Notes: generated by a model not told the origin, from the letters alone. Positions 18,343-26,307 are shown, numbered from the stretch's first letter. The stretch: DNA of 32,000 nt from Haloferax volcanii DS2 (GCF_000025685.1 NC_013967.1:210001-242000); one strand, 5' to 3'. Made by a program: numbers and translations.

Positions 18343-19059
18343 TCATCGACCGAGTAACGACGACAGCGACCACGTTTTCACGCCGCAGCGCTCCCGATAG
18401 GTACAGGACTCGCATTTCGCGGAGTCGCGGAGCCGCGACGGGACGAAATCGAGGTCGCGGGCGACGCGGAGCGCCCGCCGATAGGCCGCCTTGTTCCCGG
18501 TCGTGAGCCCGACCGTCCGGACGACGCCGACCGCCGGGTACTCGACCAGCGCCCGCGGCACCGGTGCCTCGCGCTCCCATGCGAGCGCCTTCGCCAGCGC
18601 AACGGCCCTGACGCGCTGGGGCTCCCAGACGCCGCGCTCGGGCGGTTCGCCCGGCGAGACGAGCGAGGGAACCGGCACTGGCGGTCGGTCCCCCTCGCCG
18701 TCGGGCGCGCCGACGAGTTTGTGCGCGACGCCGCGGCAGTCCTTGCCCGCGAGGAGTTCGTCGCGGGCGACGGGGTCGGTGAGCGCGTCCCAGTCGTCGC
18801 GCTCGCGGAGTCGGGTGAGGCGCTCGCGGTACGCCGCGGGCGACACCGAAATCGGCCGCGACGCGAGTTCGTCGTCGGTCGCGTCGAGCAGGTCGGGGTA
18901 GTCGAAGGCGAGCGCGCGAACCTCGCGGACCGCGGGCGGCGGCGTTCGGTCGTCGTCGCGGCGGGCGTAGTAGAGCTGTCGCGGGCAGTACGCGGCGCAA
19001 GCGAGGTCGGAGGCGGCGACGAGAGCGGACACGGGAGGGCTGGACCCGGTATCGGACAA
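18343..19059 (-). CDS. Stand-alone Cas4/Dna2-like PD-(D/E)XK nuclease-family protein with a four-Cys cluster
   Basis: N-terminal ...DLACAAYCPRQLYY and C-terminal CESCTYRERC reproduce the C...CxxCx5C Fe-S arrangement of Cas4/DUF83 proteins. The start is uncertain: TTG at 19059 or GTG at 19032. The nuclease core motifs are not clearly readable by eye. Confidence 0.6.
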   Translation of the reverse strand: MSDTGSSPPVSALVAASDLACAAYCPRQLYYARRDDDRTPPPAVREVRALAFDYPDLLDATDDELASRPISVSPAAYRERLTRLRERDDWDALTDPVARDELLAGKDCRGVAHKLVGAPDGEGDRPPVPVPSLVSPGEPPERGVWEPQRVRAVALAKALAWEREAPVPRALVEYPAVGVVRTVGLTTGNKAAYRRALRVARDLDFVPSRLRDSAKCESCTYRERCGVKTWSLSSLLGR

Positions 19060-19169
19060 GAACGTTCGCGCGAGCGCGCCGTGGAGGCGGCGGGTTCCGA
19101 ACCGGACTCGCGTCGTCTGATTCGCCGCCGTGCGTGAATTAATACGGTCGTGTCCCTTGGCTTACTGAC

Positions 19170-20783
19170 ATGGCATCGACCGCCACCGGCTCGTGGCTCC
19201 GGATGACGCGGCCCGAACTCGCCGTGTTCGTCTCCGGGGTCACGAGCATGGGTCTGGAGATTCTCGCCGGGCGAATGGTCGCTCCCGAGTTCGGCAGCAG
19301 CATCTACACGTGGGGGAGCATCATCGGCGTCTTCCTCGCGGCGCTGAGCCTCGGCTACCACCGGGGCGGACAGCAGGCCGAACAGGCGTCGAACGGCGCG
19401 CTCGCCCGCGTCTTCATCGGCACGGCGGCGTACATCGCGGGCGTCATTCTCCTCGGCGACCTGTTCATCCAGTCGACCGCCGGCCTCCCCGTCCCGAGCC
19501 GATTCGCGTCGCTCCCCGCCATCACGCTCCTGTTCGGGCCGCCGACCTACTTCCTCGGCTTCATCAGTCCCTACGCGGCGGAACTCTCCGGGCGGACCGA
19601 CGTGGGGTCGGCCTCGGGGCACGTCTACGCCGTCGGCACCGTCGGGAGCATCATCGGCGCGTTCGCCACCACGTACGTTCTCATCCCGTCCCTGAGCGTC
19701 ACCAACATCGGACTCGTCTTCGGCCTCGTCTCGGTCGTGACGGCGCTCGCGCTCGTCCGACCCGAAATCGGTCGAGAGGAAGCGGTCTGGAGCGTCGGCA
19801 TCGCCGCCGTCCTCGTCCTCGCGTCCGCGACCGGGGGCGTCGGTCTCGACTCCCGCGGCAGCACCGTCTACCACACCCAGACTGCCTACCAAGAGCTTCG
19901 CGTCGCCGACGCGGGCGGGACGCGGACGCTCTACCTCGACGGCCAGCCCCACAGCGCGATGGACCTCGACGACCCGACGCGGCACGTCTTCGACTACACG
20001 TCGTACTTTCACGTCCCCTTCCTGTTGTCCGACGATATCGACCGCGTGCTGTTCGTCGGCGGCGGCGGGTTCACCGGCCCGCGCGTGTTCTTGGAGAAGT
20101 ACCCGAACGTGACCGTCGACGTGGTCGAACTTGACCCCGAAGTCGTCGACATCGCCGAGGAGTACTTCCGCGTCGAGGAGTCGCCGCGACTCAACGTCCA
20201 CACGATGGACGGCCGGCAGTATCTCCGGGAGACGAACCGGACGTACGACCTCATCGTCCTCGACGCCTACCAGAAAGACAAGGTCCCGTTCCAGCTGACG
20301 ACACAGGAGTTCATGCAGCTCACGTCGGACCGCCTCGACGACGACGGCGTCCTGTTCGCCAACGTCATCTCCGCGCCCAGCGGCCCGGCCTCGCAGTTCT
20401 ACCGCACGGAGTACAAGACGATACAGTCGGTCTACCCGCAGGTGTACAGCTTCCCCACCGCCGGGCGCGTCGTCGTCCAGAACATCGAGGTCGTGGCGAC
20501 GAAAGACGAGACGCTCGTGACCGCCGAGGAGCTTCAACGTCGGAACCGGAACCGGAATATCGGCATCGACCTCGCGGCCGAACTCACATCGTACCGGAAC
20601 GACGAACCCACCGACGACGTGCCGCTCCTCACCGACGACCGCGCCCCGGTCGATAGCCTCTTGGACCCGATGGTCGGCCAACGCTACGTCGTCCAGCGGA
20701 CGAACGAGACCGAACAGCGCGCGGCCGACAGGAACGCCACTCCCCGGAGCGCGGTCGCCGGCACGGCCGTGAGGGCGGCGTAG
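19170..20783 (+). CDS. Membrane-fused spermidine-synthase-like methyltransferase-fold protein
   Basis: The N-terminal ~210 aa are polytopic membrane domain. The C-terminal domain has VLFVGGGGFTG (SAM/dcSAM loop), VDVVELDPEVV and DLIVLDAY. TTAATA at 19137-19142 is spaced for a leaderless ATG. Confidence 0.8.
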   Translation: MASTATGSWLRMTRPELAVFVSGVTSMGLEILAGRMVAPEFGSSIYTWGSIIGVFLAALSLGYHRGGQQAEQASNGALARVFIGTAAYIAGVILLGDLFIQSTAGLPVPSRFASLPAITLLFGPPTYFLGFISPYAAELSGRTDVGSASGHVYAVGTVGSIIGAFATTYVLIPSLSVTNIGLVFGLVSVVTALALVRPEIGREEAVWSVGIAAVLVLASATGGVGLDSRGSTVYHTQTAYQELRVADAGGTRTLYLDGQPHSAMDLDDPTRHVFDYTSYFHVPFLLSDDIDRVLFVGGGGFTGPRVFLEKYPNVTVDVVELDPEVVDIAEEYFRVEESPRLNVHTMDGRQYLRETNRTYDLIVLDAYQKDKVPFQLTTQEFMQLTSDRLDDDGVLFANVISAPSGPASQFYRTEYKTIQSVYPQVYSFPTAGRVVVQNIEVVATKDETLVTAEELQRRNRNRNIGIDLAAELTSYRNDEPTDDVPLLTDDRAPVDSLLDPMVGQRYVVQRTNETEQRAADRNATPRSAVAGTAVRAA

Positions 20784-20786
20784 GCG

Positions 20787-21071
20787 ATGGTTCACGACAG
20801 AATCCACGCCAGAGAGCCGACGCACGACCGCGACCGCTGGACCGAGGGCGTCGTCGAGTCGACCGTCGAACGCGACGGCCATTGGGTGGCCCGCGCGCGC
20901 CCGGCCGGCAGCGACCGACCGGCTGACGAGACGGTCGAACGTGCGGGCGACGGCTCGGTCGAACTGGTCGTCACCTTCGCGGTCCGCGACCTGTTTCTCC
21001 GCCGACTCGATGTCGACGCCGGCGAGTCGCCCGTCGGCTGTCGGTTCTGGTACCGAAAGAAGCGACGGTAA
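20787..21071 (+). CDS. Hypothetical protein (94 aa)
   Basis: The ATG lies 3 nt after the upstream stop, so it is operonic. GC3-rich, acidic, halophile-like codon and amino-acid usage. No domain recognised. Confidence 0.45.
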   Translation: MVHDRIHAREPTHDRDRWTEGVVESTVERDGHWVARARPAGSDRPADETVERAGDGSVELVVTFAVRDLFLRRLDVDAGESPVGCRFWYRKKRR

Positions 21072-21139
21072 CTCCGCGGCCGCGACCGCAAACTCGACCC
21101 GACGGCCTGAAACACGGGTCGGCCGGGGGTCGATGCCGG

Positions 21140-21331
21140 TTAGTTCGTCGTTTCGAGGGCTGTTTGATACATGCGCGGCCCGGCGACGGCGGCCGTTCCG
21201 AGCACCATGAGCGAGGCACCGACGCCGAGGCGCTGCCCCGGGGCGACCGCGGACGCGACCACGCCGGTCACGACCGTGAGGCCGGCGAGGAACATGACCC
21301 CGCCGAGAACATCGAGCGGCTGGATTGACAT
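21140..21331 (-). CDS. Small membrane protein (63 aa, 2 TM)
   Basis: ATG at 21331 (MSIQPLDVLGGVMFLAGLTVVTGVVASAV...LMVLGTAAVAG) inside track ORF 21140..21421. Confidence 0.4.
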   Translation of the reverse strand: MSIQPLDVLGGVMFLAGLTVVTGVVASAVAPGQRLGVGASLMVLGTAAVAGPRMYQTALETTN

Positions 21332-21537
21332 CTCAGTCGAGACGTTTCCCGCTCGTTGCAAAAGTCTTCCCGCCGCCGTCTCGTGGTTCTCGTTCCTGCG
21401 GCCCTCTCCCGAACACGACATGCGGCACTCACGTATCAGGTCAGAGTCAAAATGGGACCGCCCGGGCTGTCCTTACCTATCAGTAGCCGACTCTCCACTA
21501 CCTCTATCGGTCGAACTGAGATATTCCTACTCATGAC

Positions 21538-22569
21538 TCATTCAATCCGGAGTTTGTCCAGGTGAGGACGGCGGCGCAGCTCCATCCGTTCGCGCTGGGA
21601 CGCTTTGTCGTAATGCTGTTCAATAACCTCTTGAGACGCATTCACGCGCTCCGCGGTCACCTCCGCAGGGAACCCGCGATCTCTGTGCCACGTAATCGAC
21701 CCCGTTCGAATGTGGTGTGGTGATCGAGAAGACGGACACTTGCTACCCTGAGTGTATGACCCCGCGAACTCGCAGGAATCTTTCTCGTACTCGTGCGGGC
21801 ACGGACCAGCAACACACGGCTGCGTCGCCTGATACATCCACCCCCGAAAGCCGTTCTTCGAGATACGAGTTCCGTGGTGCGTCACGAACAGCGGAGAGCG
21901 ACCAAAGTCGTCGTGGCCATCCGGCCGGAACTTCTCGATGTAGGTGTTCAGCGACTCGACGACCTCCGGCAAGAGCGAAACCGTACGTTCGCCATTCATC
22001 TGATTCTTCAGCGGCGTCTCGGACTCCGGCCGGTGGACGAACTCGACGTACTGCTCATCGGGGTAGTAGTCGCGCAGATCGAGCCCGCGAAGGGCACCGA
22101 GACGAGCGCCCGTGTGCCACGCGAGTTCGAGAACCGCGTGGAACCGAGTCCCGCGGACGCTACTGTGTGACCGGTAGTACCGAAGCAATCGAAGCGCGTC
22201 GTCGGGAACCAACATCGTGTCTCGCGACCGCTCCGACATCGGGACACTCGGTACGTGGACCTTCTTCGAGAGACCGTCCTCGACCGCCTCGATGCGCTCG
22301 AGGTACTCGATGAACCCGAGCAGCGTCTCCATCTCGCCGTGGAGAGTGGGTGAGGCGATACCCTGACCAGCGCGAAAGGCCTCGAACTGCTCGAACGTCC
22401 ATCCGTTCAGGTCAGAGACGCGCTCGATATTCTGGTCCTCGCACCATTCGACCCAGAGTTTCAGACGGTATCTGTAGGTCTTGATGCTCGACTCCGAGAG
22501 TTCCGTCCCTCGACGGTCAAGATAGCGGCGAACGGCCTCGCGGGGCTTGAGTTCTGAGGGTCCGTTCAT
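21538..22569 (-). CDS. Tyrosine recombinase / phage-type integrase
   Basis: 343 aa. It has an N-terminal SAM-like core-binding domain. Catalytic residues are in order: R (HTGARLGALRGL), HxxR (SPHHIRTGS) and Y (IEQHY). A Cys-rich insert (CVAGPCPHEYEKDSCEFAGSYTQGSKC) is also present. Confidence 0.9.
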   Translation of the reverse strand: MNGPSELKPREAVRRYLDRRGTELSESSIKTYRYRLKLWVEWCEDQNIERVSDLNGWTFEQFEAFRAGQGIASPTLHGEMETLLGFIEYLERIEAVEDGLSKKVHVPSVPMSERSRDTMLVPDDALRLLRYYRSHSSVRGTRFHAVLELAWHTGARLGALRGLDLRDYYPDEQYVEFVHRPESETPLKNQMNGERTVSLLPEVVESLNTYIEKFRPDGHDDFGRSPLFVTHHGTRISKNGFRGWMYQATQPCVAGPCPHEYEKDSCEFAGSYTQGSKCPSSRSPHHIRTGSITWHRDRGFPAEVTAERVNASQEVIEQHYDKASQRERMELRRRPHLDKLRIE

Positions 22570-22742
22570 GGCTCACCCCACCCGTCGAAGACAGACATGG
22601 CGCATCGCCAATGCAGGTAGTAGTCGTCGACATCGTTCCGGTCGGCGGTGAACCTGTACTCCGCTTCGACAGAGACGTAGTCTTCAGACGGGTCGACTTC
22701 CATCCGACAGACCGCACACGTCGGGTAGTACGTCATCTGCAT
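22566..22742 (-). CDS. Small zinc-finger protein (58 aa; CxxC...HxxC)
   Basis: MQMTYYPTCAVCRMEV...YYLHWRCAMSVF. Its TGA overlaps the integrase ATG (ATGA at 22566-22569). An alternative ATG at 22736 gives an ATGA overlap with the upstream gene. Confidence 0.55.
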   Translation of the reverse strand: MQMTYYPTCAVCRMEVDPSEDYVSVEAEYRFTADRNDVDDYYLHWRCAMSVFDGWGEP

Positions 22743-23029
22743 CCTCCGTCGTGCTCGGGGCAGACCGGAACCATTCGCGGATAATACTCGTCTTCGGTCG
22801 AGAGATCGAAGCCGTCGCACTCCGTCGGCTCCAGAACTCGCCCGCAGAAGTGACACTCAACCCACTCGGTCAGCGGATCGATGAACGCAGGACGAGTAGA
22901 ATCGACTTGCCCGCCGTCGGTCACGAGCTGGCGTTCGGCGCGACGACACTCAGAACAATGACCGTCGTCGTCGAGACCGCGGAGTCTGTCACACGCGCGG
23001 CAGGGACGCCTGCACGCGGGGTGACTCAT
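22733..23029 (-). CDS. Cys-rich multi-zinc-finger protein (98 aa)
   Basis: MSHPACRRPCRACDRL...HCSECRR...CHFCGRV...CPEHDGGC. Acidic, halophile-like composition. Its ATG overlaps the upstream TGA (ATGA at 23026-23029). Confidence 0.6.
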   Translation of the reverse strand: MSHPACRRPCRACDRLRGLDDDGHCSECRRAERQLVTDGGQVDSTRPAFIDPLTEWVECHFCGRVLEPTECDGFDLSTEDEYYPRMVPVCPEHDGGCR

Positions 23030-23202
23030 CTGTCGACCTCCAGCGCCGCGCACTTCCGGCAGGCGCTCAGGCGAGTCTCGGCATCGACGCCGACCGCCGG
23101 GCGGAGGAGACAGACCTCACACGTGGACTCGTCGCCCTTATCAAACTGTGCTGCATCGGTCGCTATGCGGGTGGTAACACCCGTGGTTTTGGCTTCCGTC
23201 AT
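23026..23202 (-). CDS. Small zinc-ribbon protein (58 aa; CxxC...CxxC)
   Basis: MTEAKTTGVTTRIATDAAQFDKGDESTCEVCLLRPAVGVDAETRLSACRKCAALEVDR. This is the first gene of the ATGA-linked string that ends in the integrase. Confidence 0.55.
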   Translation of the reverse strand: MTEAKTTGVTTRIATDAAQFDKGDESTCEVCLLRPAVGVDAETRLSACRKCAALEVDR

Positions 23203-23314
23203 GGCTATTGACGGACCCTTCCTGAGAGCGGTGCTGGACCCACCGCGCTCAGGGCCTACAAAAATCATCTCCAGCCGACGGTGTCTCTCAGGGTTCCGTG
23301 AGTCTACCATAACA

Positions 23315-23340
23315 CTAACTGTGCATAAATGCACCGTTAG
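23315..23340. promoter_or_regulatory. 26-bp imperfect palindrome over a TATA-like core (candidate operator/promoter of the switch region)
   Basis: CTAACTGTGCAT-AA-ATGCACCGTTAG has 12-bp arms with one mismatch. The centre GCATAAATGC is TATA-like. It lies in the 212-bp divergent spacer between the integrase operon and the repressor-like genes, and the ATG at 23352 is about 27 nt downstream of its centre. Confidence 0.5.
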
Positions 23341-23414
23341 TTTGAGAACAGATGTTTGGATTGCTAAAGCACGATTCGTCGGCAATAGACCAAACCAGCG
23401 TATACGTACACGTA

Positions 23415-23702
23415 ATGAGAAAGTCTGCATCGTGGATGACGATATGGGACGACCGAATCCTCGAGTGGGCACGGGAACACGAGTCGGCGAGCGCCGCCGC
23501 GATGAAAGACACCGAATACTTCCAGGTATCTCGTTCGTCGCTCTCACGGCGGCTCTCGAAGCTCAACGAGAAAGGGCTACTCCAGCACCTCGGCAATGGT
23601 GTCTACGTCATCACGGCTACCGGCGAAAGCTATCTCGAAGGTGAACTCAGCGCTGAAGAACTGAACGGCGAGAATGGTGAAGAGGGCTCTGCGTCCGCGT
23701 GA
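23415..23702 (+). CDS. PhiH1-repressor-like winged-helix protein (paralog 1)
   Basis: MRKSASWMTIWDDRILEW...SRSSLSRRLSKLNEKGLLQHLGNGVYVITATGESYLEGEL shows the WM-x-x-WDDRILE N-terminal motif and the Y-x-IT-x-G-x-x-YLEG tail typical of haloarchaeal PhiH1-repressor-like proteins. The start could instead be the ATG at 23352, which would be leaderless from the palindromic TATA. Confidence 0.7.
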   Translation: MRKSASWMTIWDDRILEWAREHESASAAAMKDTEYFQVSRSSLSRRLSKLNEKGLLQHLGNGVYVITATGESYLEGELSAEELNGENGEEGSASA

Positions 23703-23713
23703 CTCACTCTGAG

Positions 23714-24040
23714 ATGCGGAAGTCAGGTGACTGGATGACGATCTGGGATGACCGGATTCTCGAGTATCTCCTCGAGCACGGCTGGGGGTCTCCGGAGACG
23801 ATCCATTGGGAAATCGGCCGCGAGACGACGCTTCACCAGATTCGAGAACGATGTCGCGTGCTGTGTCACGCTGGGCTGGCGTCGCCGTTCATCGACGAGC
23901 GGAGTGCAGACATGTTCGAGATCACGATCTGGGGGCAGTTGTATCTCGAGGGGAAGGTGAATGCGGGGTTGATTCGACCGCTTCCGAAGCCAAGGCCGCC
24001 AGACAAAGTACGACCCAGATATTGGTCACAGATTGCGTGA
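23714..24040 (+). CDS. PhiH1-repressor-like winged-helix protein (paralog 2)
   Basis: MRKSGDWMTIWDDRILEY...FEITIWGQLYLEGKV has the same N-terminal motif as paralog 1. The alternative GTG at 23699 overlaps the upstream stop (GTGA). Confidence 0.7.
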   Translation: MRKSGDWMTIWDDRILEYLLEHGWGSPETIHWEIGRETTLHQIRERCRVLCHAGLASPFIDERSADMFEITIWGQLYLEGKVNAGLIRPLPKPRPPDKVRPRYWSQIA

Positions 24041-24084
24041 CTGTTCATAAATTATAACATTCACCTATACCAATAGGATAGGAA

Positions 24085-24963
24085 ATGTCTGGAACAAAGT
24101 TCTACTTTGCTACCTTTGAGGTAGAGGGTAATTTCGGTTTTGATTACCCGGCGGATATGGAATACGATCGAAAGGTGCGTGAATCGTTGACTGATTTTGT
24201 TGAATTGGAGGGTGCTGTTGCCCAAGGAGACTCTGAAGAATGGTACTTTGGACGGCCTGAGTTCGATGCCAACATGATTTATGGGAAATTTGGAAAAGTG
24301 TATGCAGATGAACCATTAACCTACGATGATGAAATAGGTGACTTCGTGGAGGGTGATGAACCAAACAAAGAGGCAGACTACTCTCTATTTGCCATTGATC
24401 TAGAAAATAATCTCGTCATTTTCAGCTCAACCTATCGCGTTAGACACCGAAACTTCACCAAGTATCTCAAAAAAGGATATGACAGCTTTACAGGTGGTGA
24501 TGCCTCAATTCATTTAGAGCTTGTTAGAAATAAAGAGGGTGTTGAGACAGTAATTCAAAACTATCCTGTTCACAAAATCCATGCAGAATTAGTCCCATCT
24601 AACCCGTCTCCTGATGAAGAATGGGAAGAGTTAGACGAGAGCCTCAGAGAGATGCTAGCCGATAAACTAGGAATTACTGCTGAACAGTACAATGATGGTG
24701 GATTAGATTTCTCAGAGAGTTTTCTGTCACAAGTGGCCAGTATGTCACAGTCAAAATATGGTGAATCTTGGGAGATTACCTATAGTGACGATGACGGAGA
24801 ATTCAAGGTCATTTCATCGGATGACGATCCGGCCTCAAAGGTTATTGATGAAGAGCCGACCACTACTGGCGGTCTGAAAGCGCATATCGAAGGGATACTG
24901 AGTTACGGTCTCACGTTCTTAGACTCAGTACCTCACAAAGCATCCTCGGCTAGCTGTTTCTGA
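24085..24963 (+). CDS. Hypothetical acidic soluble protein (native length 280 aa; the present 292-aa form carries a 12-aa IS-encoded tail)
   Basis: Visibly AT-rich ORF with an ATG start and an AT-rich TATA-like stretch at 24044-24061. No TM segment or motif recognised. The last 12 codons (SVPHKASSASCF) are read from the left end of the IS. Removing the IS restores ...TTA GAC TAA. Confidence 0.65.
   Translation: MSGTKFYFATFEVEGNFGFDYPADMEYDRKVRESLTDFVELEGAVAQGDSEEWYFGRPEFDANMIYGKFGKVYADEPLTYDDEIGDFVEGDEPNKEADYSLFAIDLENNLVIFSSTYRVRHRNFTKYLKKGYDSFTGGDASIHLELVRNKEGVETVIQNYPVHKIHAELVPSNPSPDEEWEELDESLREMLADKLGITAEQYNDGGLDFSESFLSQVASMSQSKYGESWEITYSDDDGEFKVISSDDDPASKVIDEEPTTTGGLKAHIEGILSYGLTFLDSVPHKASSASCF
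24926..24941. repeat. IS left terminal inverted repeat
   Basis: CAGTACCTCACAAAGC, read directly. Confidence 0.8.
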
Positions 24964-25109
24964 AGCCTGAGTTCTGTGGCGGAGCGGTTGGACTGGCGGT
25001 TTCGACGAGAGAATTATGGACGGATCGGCGGAGAGCCGTCGCTGTCGGCGGCGGCTGCCGCCGACGCGACAGCGTCGCCACTCCCACCGTTGGCTAGCCC
25101 GGTCGGGAG

Positions 25110-26276
25110 TTACCGGTGGAACCGGTCGTCTGGTGGTCGGTTCGCGGGGACGGCCCGACGCACCGCGAGGGCCGTCCACGCTGCTCGACGGACCATATTG
25201 ATGAACTCCTTGAACGACCACTCCCAGAGGCGACGCCCCCCACGGCGGGGCGTCGCCACGTACTCCCAGTGCAAATACCGCCAGACGTTCTGTAACAGCA
25301 GGCTCACCACGACGTACAACAGCCGTACGACCGGATTTTGTGTCGAGGTCGTCGCGATACTTTGCTCGGAGAGTCGATAGCTTGCCTCGATACCGAAGCG
25401 TTTCGCGTAGTGGTATCGAGCGTCCCGTGGTGAGTCGATGAACGGCGCGTCAGCGGCGTAGCCGTGACGCGCCACGCCATGTTCGTCGTACCGTCCGTTC
25501 TGGTAGGTACAGTCGATGTAGACGGGAAACTCGACGGTCCAGCTGTGACCGTCGAGTTTCGCTGTCAGACTGTGCTGAATCACGCGACTCCACCCTTCTG
25601 AGAGTTCTCGCTTGATCGTCTGTCCCCAGCGGACGATCGGCATGACGTAGGCGTGGTTGTGCGCCTGAAGCAGCGTCAAACACTTGCTGTCGTAGAATTC
25701 GCGGTCAAGATAGACGGCCTTGACACCGAGGTCAAGGCCGTCGAGAATACCGAGGAACTCTGCGAGGACACTGCTGGCGGTGTCGCCGTCTTCGAGACGG
25801 CGCACCGCCAGCGTGTAGCGTTTGTTCTTCACGCGTGCGTACAGTGTCGCGTACGCGTGAAACGCGGTGGTTCCACGCTTCGCTTGTGAGTGATACAGGC
25901 CGTCTGTATCGTCTTCGTCGCCGTAGTAGGGCCGCAGGTGGAGGTCTGCGCAGACCTCCACCTGCTGGGGAAGGACGTTGAGAATGTCCTTCTGGAGGAG
26001 CGTGTTCCCGATTTGTTCGAGCGTCTCGAGGTCGAACTTGGTGCGGAGATGGTAGAGAACCGAGTTTTCGTGAGGTGCATCTTCGCTTCTCTTGCAGAGT
26101 GTAGAGACCGAGGTCCCGTCGGCGCAGGCGCCGACGAGGACCTCGTAGATGTCTTCAGCATCGAGTTCAGCGTTTTCAGCGAGTGAGAGAGCAACTTCCT
26201 CGTCAAGAGAGTTGACGAGGAAGTTAAGGAGCTGGTCCTCGTGGATTTCATCGTCTGTTTGCTGGTTGTTGGACAC
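25110..26276 (-). CDS. ISH3-family DDE transposase
   Basis: ...HEDQLLNFLVNSLDEEVALSLAENAELDAEDIYEVLVGACADGTSVSTLC...VYLDREFYD...YAKRFGIEASYRLSEQ contains the Y-x2-R-x3-E region. There is no ATG start. GTG at 26276 (MSNNQQ...) is preferred over TTG at 26300, which would lie only 8 nt inside the IR. Confidence 0.85.
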   Translation of the reverse strand: MSNNQQTDDEIHEDQLLNFLVNSLDEEVALSLAENAELDAEDIYEVLVGACADGTSVSTLCKRSEDAPHENSVLYHLRTKFDLETLEQIGNTLLQKDILNVLPQQVEVCADLHLRPYYGDEDDTDGLYHSQAKRGTTAFHAYATLYARVKNKRYTLAVRRLEDGDTASSVLAEFLGILDGLDLGVKAVYLDREFYDSKCLTLLQAHNHAYVMPIVRWGQTIKRELSEGWSRVIQHSLTAKLDGHSWTVEFPVYIDCTYQNGRYDEHGVARHGYAADAPFIDSPRDARYHYAKRFGIEASYRLSEQSIATTSTQNPVVRLLYVVVSLLLQNVWRYLHWEYVATPRRGGRRLWEWSFKEFINMVRRAAWTALAVRRAVPANRPPDDRFHR

Positions 26277-26307
26277 ATCTTCAGCAAGCAGACGTCTCAA
26301 CTAACCG

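Noticed and set aside
16747-18357. 536-aa plus-strand ORF spanning the glutaredoxin, redoxin and Sua5 loci
   Set aside because: It is extremely Arg/Pro/Gly-rich with no hydrophobic core. It is an off-frame read-through of three well-supported genes, a typical high-GC shadow ORF.
18378-20882. 834-aa minus-strand ORF, the longest in the track
   Set aside because: It lies antisense and off-frame to the spermidine-synthase-like and Cas4-like genes. Its composition is Arg/Asp/Gly/Pro low complexity with no recognisable domain. It is a GC-driven artefact.
18343-21100. Possible CRISPR array or cas genes near the Cas4-like gene
   Set aside because: No regularly spaced direct repeats are visible anywhere in the window, and the neighbours are Sua5 and a spermidine-synthase-like gene.
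21332-21537. Expected tRNA gene as the integration target next to the integrase
   Set aside because: Reading both strands, I found no T-loop box or cloverleaf-compatible stems. The absence is reported as a finding rather than annotating a tRNA. A computational scan is still needed.
22751-23644. 297-aa plus-strand ORF across the Cys-rich gene string and switch region
   Set aside because: It would run through the intergenic palindrome and has no halophile-like acidic composition. The minus-strand genes are supported by three ATGA junctions and zinc-finger motifs.
24283-24300. GKFGKV in the AT-rich soluble protein as a possible P-loop
   Set aside because: It does not fit Walker A (GxxxxGK[ST]). 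The spacing is wrong, Val follows Lys, and no Walker B is evident.
24976-25380. 134-aa plus-strand ORF inside the IS
   Set aside because: It is partly antisense to the transposase gene and Arg/Ser-rich. ISH3-family elements carry a single transposase ORF.
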